This document shows positions 39,285 to 50,072 of a stretch of 64,000 bases of DNA, piece after piece. Below the pieces are notes generated by a model that ran no database searches, was not told the DNA's origin, and saw only the letters and a program-made list of their open reading frames with translations. Each line of letters starts with the position of its first letter. The stretch's first letter is position 1. Origin of the DNA: an uncultured Chthonomonadaceae bacterium. Its GTDB lineage: Bacteria > Armatimonadota > Chthonomonadetes > Chthonomonadales > Chthonomonadaceae. The stretch lies in assembly GCA_963817895.1 (NCBI GenBank), contig CAWFQB010000008.1, positions 1 through 64,000 of the forward strand. The letters run 5' to 3'. The translations under genes were made by a program, and so were the position numbers.

Positions 39285-41009
39285 CTACTCCCCGTAAATC
39301 ACTGTAGAAGACAGGTCGGCATTTTGCGTGGACACGCCCCAGATAGCGCGGTCACTCCAAACGCTGGTTCCCCAGATGGCGCGGCTGGCGCTCAGTTGAT
39401 TGTCGCTCGTTCCCCAGATAGCGCGGGTTCCCCACACGGCGCGCAGGTCATTGATACCGCTCACGCCCCACAACGCGCGGCTGCCATCCACGCTGCTCAC
39501 GCCCCAGATGGCGCGATCCATGGTGACGTAGACATTTCCTGAGCCGTCCGTCGTCATGCTCGGACTCATCGCCGATTGCGTGGGGACGGCTTTGGATTGA
39601 AGCGCGGCCAGAATGTTGAGGTAGCCGGCTCCGTAGGTGCAGGGATCGGAATTGCCGCTCGGGTCGCTCCACTTGTCGGCGGAAAGCATCAGCCGCGCTT
39701 TTACGGTATCCGGCGATAATGTGGGATACTTTTGCAGCAGCAGCGCGGCGGCCCCGGAAACAACGGGCGCGGCCATAGACGTGCCGGAAAGCATGTAGTA
39801 CGTTCCCGCCGTCTCAGGGACGCAGTTGCCCGAATAGTAGTTGTACAGATACGAGCCGATAGAATTGTCCGAAACCACTTTGTTGCCCGGCGCGACTATG
39901 TCCGGCTTCATTACCAGATCAAGTCGGGTTGGCCCCCGGCTGGAATACGTGGCGATACGATCATCGGCGCGGCTGCCGGTCATGCTTTTCATCGCGCCAA
40001 CGGTAATCACGTAAGGGTCGTTGCCCGGACACTGGATAGAACCGTAGTTGACGCCGTACCCCTCGTTTGCCATGCCGTACGCAGCCGCCGCATTCAGGCG
40101 TCCGTTATTGCCCGCCGCCACAACCACGACAATTCCGGCTTTCCACGCCTGTTCGACGATCTGGCAAAGCGGGTCGGTCGTATAACTCTCCCCGACGGGA
40201 TGCCCGACGGACATGTTCAAAACGCGGATGTTGAGCGCGGCCCGGTTGTTGATAGCCCACTGTACGCCCGAAATCACGTTGCTGACGGTTCCCTGCCCCT
40301 GCTTATTTAACACGCGCACATCCGCGAGATTTGCGCCCGCCGCGATGCCCATTACCTGACGGTTGCTCAACGATCCGTTTCCGGCCACGATGCCGGCCAC
40401 ATGGCTGCCATGCCCGCAGGTGTCGCCATTACTCGTGATGGTATCCGCAAAGTTGACTTTCGCTTTGATGCGCAGCGCGCCCGTTTTTGGGTCGGCAAAG
40501 TCGCTTAACGTTCGTATGCCGCTATCCACAACGGCGACGGTAACGCCCGCGCCATTGAGCGTAAAACTGCTCGTGCTGTACTGCTGCGCGGCAAGGTCGG
40601 CGACGCTGGAGGAAACCGTAAAAGCGTCCGTTTTGGATACGGACACATCGGCAGAAAGATGTCGCACAAACGGGAGAGCGGCGAGTTCGCCCAATCGCTT
40701 CAGGGGGATGCGCAGCGCGACGGAATCAATCAGGGGCAGATGGCGGTACACGTATCCGTGTAGTTGCTTCTCTTGCCGGGGAGTCAGCGGGCCGGAAATC
40801 TTCGCGATCACGGAAGTCCAGCCGGACGCGGAGGGCGACTGCGCCTGCCGTTCCAGAAACCGGTCGTATTTTGTAGAACAGGCGCGCGCGGCGGACGCGT
40901 CAGCGCCCCTGCTCAAAACGCCCGCTCCCAATCCCAGCGTCAGCAGGCTTGCCGCCAGTTTGCGCCCAATAACTGGCGATAGATGGAATGGCATATTCTT
41001 GTACTTCAT
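39285..41009 (-). CDS. Subtilisin-like S8 serine peptidase with C-terminal RAIWG repeats
   Basis: VAVVDSG, GHGSHVAG, AAGN, SGTSMAAP. Confidence 0.93.
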   Translation of the reverse strand: MKYKNMPFHLSPVIGRKLAASLLTLGLGAGVLSRGADASAARACSTKYDRFLERQAQSPSASGWTSVIAKISGPLTPRQEKQLHGYVYRHLPLIDSVALRIPLKRLGELAALPFVRHLSADVSVSKTDAFTVSSSVADLAAQQYSTSSFTLNGAGVTVAVVDSGIRTLSDFADPKTGALRIKAKVNFADTITSNGDTCGHGSHVAGIVAGNGSLSNRQVMGIAAGANLADVRVLNKQGQGTVSNVISGVQWAINNRAALNIRVLNMSVGHPVGESYTTDPLCQIVEQAWKAGIVVVVAAGNNGRLNAAAAYGMANEGYGVNYGSIQCPGNDPYVITVGAMKSMTGSRADDRIATYSSRGPTRLDLVMKPDIVAPGNKVVSDNSIGSYLYNYYSGNCVPETAGTYYMLSGTSMAAPVVSGAAALLLQKYPTLSPDTVKARLMLSADKWSDPSGNSDPCTYGAGYLNILAALQSKAVPTQSAMSPSMTTDGSGNVYVTMDRAIWGVSSVDGSRALWGVSGINDLRAVWGTRAIWGTSDNQLSASRAIWGTSVWSDRAIWGVSTQNADLSSTVIYGE

Positions 41010-41134
41010 ATAGGTGGCTCCCTTATACTCTTGTTTGAGGTGAATTAGACATCACACAAGGGATTGTGCCAATATACGAGGGCGGCATTGCTGTGCAATA
41101 TGCGGTTTGGGACATAAAGCGTGGGTATGTAACG

Positions 41135-41170
41135 CGAACAGAGGCAGGAATAGTTTCCTGCCTCTGTTCG
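41135..41170. terminator. 16-bp perfect stem-loop downstream of 41207..42172
   Basis: CGAACAGAGGCAGGAA-TAGT-TTCCTGCCTCTGTTCG. Confidence 0.6.
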
Positions 41171-41206
41171 TTGTGAACGTTATGAAGTTTGTTCCGCGCA
41201 GCGCGA

Positions 41207-42172
41207 TTACGGGTTCAGCACAAAGCCGTAGAATATCGAGCCATTGTCATTGAACGTGCCGAGGCTGTAGTAACCGACGACCTGCCCCAGGGCATTAATC
41301 CCGAACGTGGTGGTATTCACAGCATTGGGCGTATCGAGATAGGTATACTTTCCGCAGCTCCACACGAACCCATGTGTTGCTCCATCCGTGTCCACATAGA
41401 TACCGACAACCTGCCCCAACAGGTTGATGCCGGTGGCCTGCGTTCCGGCCCCATACGTGCCGTTGAGAGCGCCGGGAACATCCAGCGTAGTGGTTGTGTG
41501 GCCGCTCAGGACAAAGCCGTGCGCCGCGACAGTCAGGGGATCGCCGTTAATATCGGTGGTATAAAACCCGGTGATCTGCCCCAGGTCGTTGATACCGGCG
41601 GGAAGCGTGGCGTTCACGCGGATGCTCGGATCGGCGACATGAATGTCGAAGGACGTGTACACGCCATTGGACAGGAGAAAGCCGCGCGTCACGCCGTTGT
41701 AATCCAGATAATTGCCCACGACCTGACCGAAATCGTTGATACCCAGCGCATACGTGGTATTCGGCACCGCGTTGGCAAGCGTGACGGTAAAGGTGGTGTA
41801 CACCCCGTTGTTCAGCACAAAGCCGCGTTCGCCGAAGTTCACGCCGTCCTGATAAGAGCCGACGACCATGCCGAACTCGTTGATGCCGCTCGGGGCCGTC
41901 GTACCCGGATACCCGCCGGGAACGTCCACTTTGGTATACGCGCCATGCGTTGACACAAACCCGTGCTGTACGAGGTGAGTATCCGTATACACGCCGACGA
42001 TTTGATCTGAGGAGTTCAGCGCGGTAGGAACGATGTTGGTCTTGTGGGGCTTGCTCAGAACCGTGTAGGAAGAGTACGGCGGGGAAGCGGCTTCGGCCTT
42101 AGAAGCCGTAATTCCGGCGCAAACAATGCCGGCGAGAGTCAGGAAGAGACCGAGATTGCGAAACAAATTCAT
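41207..42172 (-). CDS. Secreted repeat protein (HAF-like extracellular repeats)
   Basis: Signal peptide; about 6 repeats of GIN..GQ.VG.Y....HGF. Confidence 0.8.
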   Translation of the reverse strand: MNLFRNLGLFLTLAGIVCAGITASKAEAASPPYSSYTVLSKPHKTNIVPTALNSSDQIVGVYTDTHLVQHGFVSTHGAYTKVDVPGGYPGTTAPSGINEFGMVVGSYQDGVNFGERGFVLNNGVYTTFTVTLANAVPNTTYALGINDFGQVVGNYLDYNGVTRGFLLSNGVYTSFDIHVADPSIRVNATLPAGINDLGQITGFYTTDINGDPLTVAAHGFVLSGHTTTTLDVPGALNGTYGAGTQATGINLLGQVVGIYVDTDGATHGFVWSCGKYTYLDTPNAVNTTTFGINALGQVVGYYSLGTFNDNGSIFYGFVLNP

Positions 42173-42500
42173 GCAGGATTCCTTTGGCGGTCTGATTATA
42201 TCAGAACGCAGATAAAGTAGGACATTTGAAACGCGCTTGCAAGAGCGGCAAAGAGTAATACAGCGGGGTATTAGAGCAGGATACAAGACCAGTTTACCCC
42301 ATAAGTCTTATTTCATCATCGGTTTTCTTACCGGTAAACCGTACTTTTTTGACATTCTGGAACGTTTACCTGCGCAGGCAGGAAAAGAACGATACAAGCG
42401 CGAATGATGGCGGCAGAAACATTCCTGAACCCATTTTTCTATAAATTCTGTAATGAATACTATGCGACAAAAATGGTAACGCGAAAGAGCAGGCGGCATC

Positions 42501-43460
42501 ATGGCGAACACGCTTTTCCTGGGCATTGACATTGGCGGCACAAAGTGCGGGGTTGTCCTTGCGCAGGCGGACGGCAGCATTGTGCAGCGCATTGGCGAGC
42601 CGACCCGCTCCGGCGAACGGGGACCGAACGACGTTCTGGAACAGCTTGCCGTTCACGCCCGCGCGTTGATGCAGCATGCGCGCGAACAGGGATTGTCCGT
42701 TCAGGGCGTGGGCGTGTCGTGTGGCGGGCCGTTGGACACCAAAACCGGAGTTATTCACGCGCCGCCGAACCTGCCCGACTGGCAAAACGTGCCGGTGAAA
42801 GCGTTCTTTGAACACGCGCTCGGCCTGCCGACGGTTGTGGAAAACGACGCCAACGCCACCGTTCTTGCCGAATGGCGCTTTGGCGCGGGACAGGGCGCGA
42901 ACAACCTGGTTTTCGTTACGATGGGGACGGGTATCGGCGGCGGCATCATTCTGGACGGTAAATTGTACCGGGGAACCAACGATCTGGCGGGCGAAATGGG
43001 ACACCAGACCATTCTGCTCAACGGCCCGAAATGCGGATGCGGCAAGCGCGGCTGTCTGGAAGCCCTTGCCTCCGGCCCTGCCATTGCTCGCCTTGCCCGC
43101 GAAAGTATGCGGTATGGACGGCAGAAGCGCGTTCTCGCGCTTGCGGGCGGCAAACCCGATGCCATTACCGCCGCGCATGTGGTGGATGCCGCGCGGGAGG
43201 GCGACGCTTTCGCGCGGGAGGTTCTGGAAGAGGCGGGAACGTACATGGGCATCGGGCTGGCAAACATCATCCAAATCCTGAACCCGGAACGCATCATTTT
43301 AGGCACGATTGCCGTTCATGCGGGCGACCTGATACTGGAGCCGATACGGGCCGCCGTTCGCGAATACGCTTGGAAGCGCAGCGCGGACGTGTGCCAGATT
43401 GTACCTGCTGCGCTCGGCGACCGCGGGCAGGATTTAGCCGCGATTGCGCTATTGCTTTAG
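42501..43460 (+). CDS. ROK family sugar kinase (glucokinase-like)
   Basis: GIDIGGTK, ENDANA, GTGIGGG, GEMGH, CGCGKRGCLE. Confidence 0.93.
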   Translation: MANTLFLGIDIGGTKCGVVLAQADGSIVQRIGEPTRSGERGPNDVLEQLAVHARALMQHAREQGLSVQGVGVSCGGPLDTKTGVIHAPPNLPDWQNVPVKAFFEHALGLPTVVENDANATVLAEWRFGAGQGANNLVFVTMGTGIGGGIILDGKLYRGTNDLAGEMGHQTILLNGPKCGCGKRGCLEALASGPAIARLARESMRYGRQKRVLALAGGKPDAITAAHVVDAAREGDAFAREVLEEAGTYMGIGLANIIQILNPERIILGTIAVHAGDLILEPIRAAVREYAWKRSADVCQIVPAALGDRGQDLAAIALLL

Positions 43461-43528
43461 GAATTTTGCCGCGAATACACGCGAATACAAATCATTATAG
43501 ATAGGATTAGAACAGGAGAGGCGCGAAG

Positions 43529-44162
43529 ATGGATTTAGACCCGATGGGAGCGGTGGAAGACGCGAAGGGCGATCAGGATGGACAGGACGCGAAAGCCCGT
43601 ACCGCCGATGACCGCCGCAAAAGCCATCTCAATAACCTTGTCGCGATTACTGTCGCGCTGCTGGCGACCTTTCTGGGCATCTGCCACATCAAGGATGATA
43701 AACATCGTTCAGGCCATGCAACAGGCGCAGGCAGACCGCATTGACAGTTGGAGTTACTATCAGGCGCGAAACATCCGCGAGGAGATCGCCAATTCAACGG
43801 TTGTGCAATTGAAATTACAGGCTGCCGCCGCCCCCGCCCGCCTGCAAAAAGATTACAACGCGCAGATTGCCTCCTATACCAAAATCGCGGCGGAGCAGCA
43901 CGAGAAAAAAGACGATCAGAAAAAGGCGGCGGAGGCGGCGGAGAAACTCTATGACGCGAAGAATATTCATGATGACCAGTTCGATCTGGCCGACGCGCAA
44001 ATTGCTATCGCTATTTCCCTGCTCGCGCTGACATCGCTGACGCAGAAACGCTGGCTGTACGCGCTCGCGCTCGTGCCGACGTTTTTTGGTATCCTGATGG
44101 GGCTTTCCGGCCTGCTCGGATGGGGTCTGCATCCGACGTGGCTTACCAATCTGCTGTCCTGA
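43529..44162 (+). CDS. DUF4337 family membrane protein, frameshift in AAA at 43700-43702
   Basis: VAITVALLATF...WSYYQARNIRE...HDDQFD...IAISL. Confidence 0.8.
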
Positions 44163-44216
44163 AAATTCGGTTTGCCTTTGATATAACTACTTTGAAGTGG
44201 CTGAAGAGAGGCTGAT

Positions 44217-44846
44217 ATGATATACCTGCAAACTGTGTCGCAATGGCTGTATCCCGTTATGATACTCATGGCGCTGTTCGCCAGCGCGCGCTATATCCGC
44301 CTGACGAAATCTTCACCCCTGCTTGCGGGCGGCTTTGGGATGTTGCTGGCCTCCAATATCCTCGGCAAAATGATGCCCATGATATCGCGATTGCTCCATA
44401 TCTATCCATATCATGCTTTCGACCTCCCCACGTCCTATCCTATACCCATGACGCCATATTATTTGTTCATCGTCGCGCTGTCCCTGATCGGGAGTTGCGG
44501 GTGGGCGTTGATTGCGTATGGAACGTATGCGGTGCTGGAAGAGGTGAGCAAGAAGCTCGCGCTCCTGCAACTGGCTTCGCAAAACGGCTGGAACTATCAG
44601 GCCGCGCCCAACGCATTTCAGACGCAAACGGCGCAAAATCCACAGGCTCAGAGTGCATTTATTCAGAACCAGCCGTCGCAAAACCCACTCAACCAGCCAA
44701 TTCAGGAACAAGTTCGTGAGGAAACCCATGCGCCCGCCTATGTATCCTCTGCCGCGCCCGCGCCAACTGTTGCGGACAATCGCCCTGTTGTGTCTGTGCA
44801 GCCTGAGCAACCTACCGGTCCCCTCACGCTCGGCTCCTCCCGGTAA
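44217..44846 (+). CDS. Hypothetical membrane protein with Gln/Pro-rich tail
   Basis: Three hydrophobic segments; GAGG SD. Confidence 0.6.
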   Translation: MIYLQTVSQWLYPVMILMALFASARYIRLTKSSPLLAGGFGMLLASNILGKMMPMISRLLHIYPYHAFDLPTSYPIPMTPYYLFIVALSLIGSCGWALIAYGTYAVLEEVSKKLALLQLASQNGWNYQAAPNAFQTQTAQNPQAQSAFIQNQPSQNPLNQPIQEQVREETHAPAYVSSAAPAPTVADNRPVVSVQPEQPTGPLTLGSSR

Positions 44847-45840
44847 GGACGCGCAGTATTCGACCCGAACCGTCCATGTGGGCGGAACCAGTTTTCGCTG
44901 CAACATCGTCACGCTGAATCTGGCTTCCGGGCATTTGTGGGCGCATACCGCTGTTGCCGCAGGCGGCGTCGGGAAAACGGAACCGTTCGAGTCGCTGATA
45001 AAGGGTCAGGGGAGTGTTGTCGCGGCGATCAATGGCACGTTCTTCGACGCTTACAACAAAACGGGGGATAAAGACCCCAACATGACCCTGATTCGCAACG
45101 GACAGGTAATCCACAAAGGAACACTGGGTACGGTTGTGGGCTTCACCAACCGCCGCGCCATTATGGGGCGTCTGGAAATGCCGATACGCGGCACGATTGA
45201 AACGCGTGGCAGCCGTCGCCCCGATTTCTGGTACGGCTACTGGCTCAACCACACCCCGACCGCGCCTAATAACATCGCCATTTTCACCCCGGCGCGGGGG
45301 CAACGCTGCCGTCTGACGGGCGGCATTTCGGTTGTCGTGGATAAAACAACGGTTTCCAGTGTGGTTCGGGGCGACGCGGTAATTCCTGCGATTGGGTTTG
45401 TCATTAATTTTCGGGGACAGGAAGAGATCGAGGCGGGTAAGTTCCCGGTGGGGGCGCAAGTGGGTTTTCGTACGGAGATCAAGCCGGATCGCGACCCGCA
45501 GATATGGCGGGACGTGCATGACGCGATTGGAGCCGGGCCGCGTCTGTTGACGGACGGGCGCGTGGGCGTGGACGCGGCGGGCGAAGGCTTTGCCGACCCA
45601 AAAGTGCTGACGGACAGGGGCCAGCGCAGCGCCATCGGCATCCTGCCCAACGGCAACGCTATGCTTGTCACAGTTGCCGGCCCGACGTGCAATGAACTCG
45701 CGGAGATTATGAAGCAGTTGGGCGCGGTTCAAGCCCTGAATTTAGACGGCGGCGCGTCCAGCGGCCTGTACGTCAACGGCCAGATGATTACGCATCCGGG
45801 CCGTGACCTGAGCAACGCCCTGCTGTTTGTGCGGAAATAG
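44740..45840 (+). CDS. Phosphodiester glycosidase (NAGPA/DUF2233) family protein; start uncertain
   Basis: AAINGTFF, IGAGPRLL, RSAIG, ALNLDGGASS. Confidence 0.85.
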   Translation: MYPLPRPRQLLRTIALLCLCSLSNLPVPSRSAPPGKDAQYSTRTVHVGGTSFRCNIVTLNLASGHLWAHTAVAAGGVGKTEPFESLIKGQGSVVAAINGTFFDAYNKTGDKDPNMTLIRNGQVIHKGTLGTVVGFTNRRAIMGRLEMPIRGTIETRGSRRPDFWYGYWLNHTPTAPNNIAIFTPARGQRCRLTGGISVVVDKTTVSSVVRGDAVIPAIGFVINFRGQEEIEAGKFPVGAQVGFRTEIKPDRDPQIWRDVHDAIGAGPRLLTDGRVGVDAAGEGFADPKVLTDRGQRSAIGILPNGNAMLVTVAGPTCNELAEIMKQLGAVQALNLDGGASSGLYVNGQMITHPGRDLSNALLFVRK

Positions 45841-45884
45841 CCCTCATCCCCCGGCCCCTTCTCCCAACTTTGGGAGAAGGGGAG
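45841..45884 (+). repeat. Palindromic intergenic repeat/terminator (similar to 39221-39253)
   Basis: CCCCTTCTCCCAA-CT-TTGGGAGAAGGGG followed by a T-tract. Confidence 0.6.
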
Positions 45885-45962
45885 TTTTTCATTTTTGGGG
45901 TAAAATCTAACACAACAAACTTTTTCGCGCTACGCCATTTTGGGCAAACATGAGGCTGAAAC

Positions 45963-46262
45963 ATGTCGGATAAGAAAGAGCCGCGCTCGTTGGGAACGAT
46001 GAACATTCGCGGCAATAAGATCAAGATCATCTCGCAGGAGGACGCGGAAGAGGTGGATTGCGTAATCTGCCTGCGCATTTCGGAACTGCCCGACGGCAAG
46101 CCGTATTTCAAGGACGACGTGCGCGTCCCGTGCGCAGGCTGCGGCGCGCCCATTCTGCACCGCCCGACCGCGCCCCGCAAGCCGCCCAAAGTGTGCGGGC
46201 AGTGCGCCCTGATGCTGTTCCCGCCCGACAGCGACGACAAGAAAAAGAAGACGATGCACTAA
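45963..46262 (+). CDS. Small Zn-ribbon protein
   Basis: CAGC...CGQC. Confidence 0.6.
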   Translation: MSDKKEPRSLGTMNIRGNKIKIISQEDAEEVDCVICLRISELPDGKPYFKDDVRVPCAGCGAPILHRPTAPRKPPKVCGQCALMLFPPDSDDKKKKTMH

Positions 46263-46300
46263 ATAAGGGTACGAATACCGGTGTTATGGCAGGAGGGTCG

Positions 46301-46636
46301 TTAGGCCACAGCATAGTCGGTGTCCGGGCGCACATCAGGCGGCTGGAATCCGAGAACGATATGCTCACGCGGAACGCCTGCCTTGACCAGTTCTTCGGCA
46401 ACGCGCGTTTCCGTCCAGTTGCGCTGTATCCAAATGGTGTCCCCTACCAGATCAATATGAACCAGAACGCTGTCAATACGCCGGTCTTTCTTCCAGCCGA
46501 CTTCTCCATAGTGATAATGTCCGCGTTCCTCGTCAAAAATCAGTTCCGTTTGCAGGGAAGGAGAAGACGCGGAATTGCCAGCCATCTCCTGTAACAGATG
46601 GCGTATCAGGGCGCGATAGTGGGCGTTTCGATCCAT
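46301..46636 (-). CDS. xisI: XisI family protein
   Basis: LIFDEERGHY..VGW...LVHIDL....IWIQRNWTE..VAEELV.AGVPREHIVLGF. Confidence 0.9.
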   Translation of the reverse strand: MDRNAHYRALIRHLLQEMAGNSASSPSLQTELIFDEERGHYHYGEVGWKKDRRIDSVLVHIDLVGDTIWIQRNWTETRVAEELVKAGVPREHIVLGFQPPDVRPDTDYAVA

Positions 46637-47041
46637 TCAACTACCTCTTCAGTTTCAGTATCAAAGAAAATTAAGCGAACTTGAAGTTCTCGCAGGACAT
46701 AACGAAAGTCGCTTTCTAAAAGCAGCAGGTCTCGCAACCTCTTCGGAACCGCCAGATAGAGAACGCGATCCGGTTCCTCTCTGAGAAGCATTAAGCGATA
46801 GAGGCTGAATTGTCCCAAAGCGTTCTCGAGATCATTGATTTCCAGAGTCACCCAGAAAACTTTTCACCTCGACAGCGATTTTCCTGTGTTCTCTTTCCGC
46901 CCCAATCGCCTGTTCCGCGCCGAGGTCAATTTCCAGCCGTTTCAAAGCGATGGGAATACGAAAAGGGTCGTGGGTAATCGTCCAGCCGTCGCGGATAAGG
47001 GCATTTTTCACAGCGTTATGGTACTTGTCTCTGGCAGACAC
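46606..47041 (-). CDS. xisH: XisH family protein (PD-(D/E)XK), frameshift at 46842-46843
   Basis: SARDKYHNAVKNALIRDGWTITHDP, IDLGAE, IAVEVKSF, ALGQF, EPDRVLYLAVP. Confidence 0.88.
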
Positions 47042-47211
47042 GGCTTCCTTCTTTCAGTCAACCCTTATGGACAATCACCATAGAAGATGGACATTTAGCG
47101 GCAAGAAGCCCTCTCGTCATTGTCCAATGTTTAACTGATTTGTTCATAAGGTAATTTGCTAAACATACGTTCAGGTCTGAGGCAGGCGCGTACTTCACTC
47201 TTCGGTAGGTT

Positions 47212-47769
47212 CTAACGTACAAATGTTGAAAGAACCCATCCAGTTCTGCCATTATGCTCACCTGTAATAACTTTGACCTTTACGAGATGCTCGGCATCAT
47301 CTCGTTCGAGTAGTTGTGCTTGTGTTCCGTTCACGCACATAGTCATGCCAACAGCAAGTCTTATGCCTTCTTGTGCTTCCACACTCCCGTTTTGTTCTTT
47401 CTGGATGCGTATTACCTGCCAGAAATCTTCTTTTGTTGCAAAAAGTAACACATCAAAGTTTTGACCTGTATCAAGCATTACGGAATTATCGGGATGAACA
47501 GAGTTATCGGGATGAAATGAAGATTTATTGCTATTTATTGAACTAACATTAGATGTAGAGACGGAATGGCTTCTGCTCTTGCCGACTACGAAAATATTAC
47601 AGACTGCGAAAAGTAAGATGAAGAACAGCCCGCCAATGAGCAAAAAGCTGGTCAAATCTATGTTATTTGCCTGCTTCGTTTTCTCAGAAAGTTTCTGTCT
47701 AACTCTTTTTTTACGTTCAGCCAACTCCTCTTGGTAGATATGTTCGCGTTCTTCGGATGTGAGGGACAT
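47212..47769 (-). CDS. Hypothetical membrane-anchored protein, low GC
   Basis: AGGAG SD; TM segment; C-terminal VKVITGEHNGRTGWV (SH3-like). Confidence 0.6.
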   Translation of the reverse strand: MSLTSEEREHIYQEELAERKKRVRQKLSEKTKQANNIDLTSFLLIGGLFFILLFAVCNIFVVGKSRSHSVSTSNVSSINSNKSSFHPDNSVHPDNSVMLDTGQNFDVLLFATKEDFWQVIRIQKEQNGSVEAQEGIRLAVGMTMCVNGTQAQLLERDDAEHLVKVKVITGEHNGRTGWVLSTFVR

Positions 47770-47820
47770 AGTATTCTCCTATACAATTAATCGTAAAATA
47801 CCGTTTTGGAATTCCTTGCT

Positions 47821-48318
47821 TTACCCGCTTCCACTCGCATCGCGATAATGTTCAAGGTTAAGATTTAATAGAGGCTTATGCGATGTTCTAATGGCTCTAG
47901 ATACATTTTTCCATAGTTCATCACGGAGAGTGTCAGGACGTTCGCGTACATCACGTTGATGAGCGTAGTCTGACAGTTGCCCTGACAATATAGGACATTC
48001 ATCAAGTTTTCGTTTGGCGTCACCAGTGATCTCCATTACCGCCACGCGACGAGAACCTTTACCAACTAATATGACTAGATCGCCCTTTTCTATCTCGTTG
48101 TAAAAACTCCACAGGCTTGGCCCACCATCAAAGCGAGGAGGATCATCATATTCTCCACTCATGCGTATTTTGACTTCAATACATTCCGGTGAATCGCAGT
48201 GTGGAATGACTTCAATTTTGCCCCATCCAAGAGCAATACATCCATTAGAGCGCGACCACTTTAGCATGTCCTGTCGGTTATCTTCCTCATGGTGTAAAAT
48301 CAGTTTCCAGATAGCCAT
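47821..48318 (-). CDS. Hypothetical protein resembling N-terminal domains of McrB/Mrr-type restriction proteins
   Basis: WKL...CIALGW...FYNEIEKGDLVIL; GAGGA SD. Confidence 0.45.
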   Translation of the reverse strand: MAIWKLILHHEEDNRQDMLKWSRSNGCIALGWGKIEVIPHCDSPECIEVKIRMSGEYDDPPRFDGGPSLWSFYNEIEKGDLVILVGKGSRRVAVMEITGDAKRKLDECPILSGQLSDYAHQRDVRERPDTLRDELWKNVSRAIRTSHKPLLNLNLEHYRDASGSG

Positions 48319-48747
48319 GCCTCAGTCCTCCCGTCCCCAACTGTTTCACTCTTGCTCGGTACATCAGTATTGACCGAAAGCGCAGCCAGATCGTACCCGC
48401 CAAACTGCCTGTTACATCTTCACTTGTTGCACAAGGGTAGCCGCTTACTGTATATCACGCGATAGCCAACGTAACCTTATGTTCGAGGCTGGACTTCATC
48501 ATAATTTGCGCCAAAATGCCAACACTTCTGCCTGACATCCCCAAACCGCTATTCGCGCAATGAAAACAAAATACCTCCCTCTCCCTTCGTGTACTTTTTC
48601 ATTATCTTTCTTCTGCTCTTTTGTAAGGCCACAGGCAACAGCAGGCATAGCAACGCCGAAAATCAGTGCGGCTACAGGGGCGAAAAACGACATACTCACC
48701 AAGCATGTCGGGGGCGGAAACATCCGCAGGAAGCGCAAAATCATTGT

Positions 48748-49170
48748 TTATTCGGGCGGGGGATGCAGCCCAAGTTGGTGCAGCACTTCGCGCTGGCGGA
48801 CAACGCCACTATGGTTCGTTTGCAATCGAAAAATAGTCGCTCGCCCCGTTGGAGTCAGGCCGATTATGAAACGAAAATCGCTGCTCCACGCGAAATGATC
48901 TTCCCAACGTTCCCGGCGCGGATGGAACAACGGCACAATGTCTTCCGTCAAGGGGTCTTGTGCCTCCGTCGCGTCCTGCTTCCGCTCGTTGCAACTGCGG
49001 CACGAAAGCGCAAGGTTGTTCAAGTCATCTGCGCCGCCACGAACGCGCGGGAGGATGTGATCTACTGCGAATCGCCCGGAATTAAACTCCTCCGGGTAAC
49101 GGCAGTATTCGCAAACGCCGCCAGACTGCGTCACAACACGGGCGCGAATGGCTTCTGAAACGACCGCCAT
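48748..49170 (-). CDS. HNH endonuclease
   Basis: CEYC, VDHILP..RGG, NLALSCRSCNERK, LFHPR..RW.DHF.W. Confidence 0.9.
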   Translation of the reverse strand: MAVVSEAIRARVVTQSGGVCEYCRYPEEFNSGRFAVDHILPRVRGGADDLNNLALSCRSCNERKQDATEAQDPLTEDIVPLFHPRRERWEDHFAWSSDFRFIIGLTPTGRATIFRLQTNHSGVVRQREVLHQLGLHPPPE

Positions 49171-49176
49171 AGAACG

Positions 49177-49572
49177 CTACTCCGGTCGAACGCCAAGTTG
49201 CGCCATCATATCACGCAGGGAAACGCCCCGCTGTTGGGCGAGTTCCGCGAGGATTTTAAGGCGTTCGGCATTCTGGTGGTCACGTTGTTCGAGAATAGCA
49301 AGAAACCGTTCCCGCTCATCGTGGTTGAGCGTTCCGGCATCACTTTTTTCACAGAGCGCGCGATATTCGCTCGTCTGCTCTGGCGTAAACAGGGTTTGCA
49401 AACGCAACAGCAGTTCGCTTTCACCGTTCGGCAAGCCGGGATAGCGACGCGCCCCATCCCATCTCTCTACAATCGTGCGCGTGAGCAGCGTTTCGACAGG
49501 AACCCCGACGCGCAGCGCATGGTTCTGTAGAAACTGTTCTAATTCGTTCGGCAGCGTAATGGTTAATGACAT
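49177..49572 (-). CDS. Hypothetical protein, partner of the HNH gene (antitoxin-like position)
   Basis: MSLTITLPNELE...LAELAQQRGVSLRDMMAQLG; 6 nt before the HNH start. Confidence 0.65.
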   Translation of the reverse strand: MSLTITLPNELEQFLQNHALRVGVPVETLLTRTIVERWDGARRYPGLPNGESELLLRLQTLFTPEQTSEYRALCEKSDAGTLNHDERERFLAILEQRDHQNAERLKILAELAQQRGVSLRDMMAQLGVRPE

Positions 49573-50072
49573 GGCACTACTCCCACCCATAAGAGGATCG
49601 AATATAATCCGGTGTTTGCTTCTCACATTATACCATGCCCGGTAGTAGATACCTCACGCAGTCATCCCATTCAAAGCCGGATAAGCGGGAGTTGAAACAG
49701 GTAACGACTATCAGGCTCAAACGCGGATACGGATTCAAAAGCGTCTCTCGTTGAGAATCAAGGATATTCGCGGTAAGAAAATCAACCGCATCCTTCTGGC
49801 TTCTAAATATAGCAGCGAACTAGAAAAACCTGTGGTATAATGCGTTTACATAGCGAAAATCACGGCGTTTTTACCGCCCTGTTGCCGCCATACAGGAATC
49901 TCGCGCCCCGATGCCGAATCCTTTCCCTAGAGGAACTCAGCGCAGCCTTCGTTCGCGCTCTAGCGCTCGCAATTTTTCCTCCCCCCGTATCGTCAAACTT
50001 GTCCGGCCGGATCGCGCCTGCCCCCGCTCGCCCGTTCGCGCCGCGCCAATGCGAAGACTGTCGCCAAAGAGA

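Noticed and set aside
41054..41072. Sigma-54-like box upstream of the S8 protease (TGGCACAATCCCTTGT, minus strand)
   Set aside because: Spacing is one base too long and the -12 box is imperfect; it may be an indel but cannot be supported.
47058..48560. Further attC sites in the AT-rich tract
   Set aside because: No RYYYAAC...GTTRRRY palindrome found downstream of these ORFs by eye.
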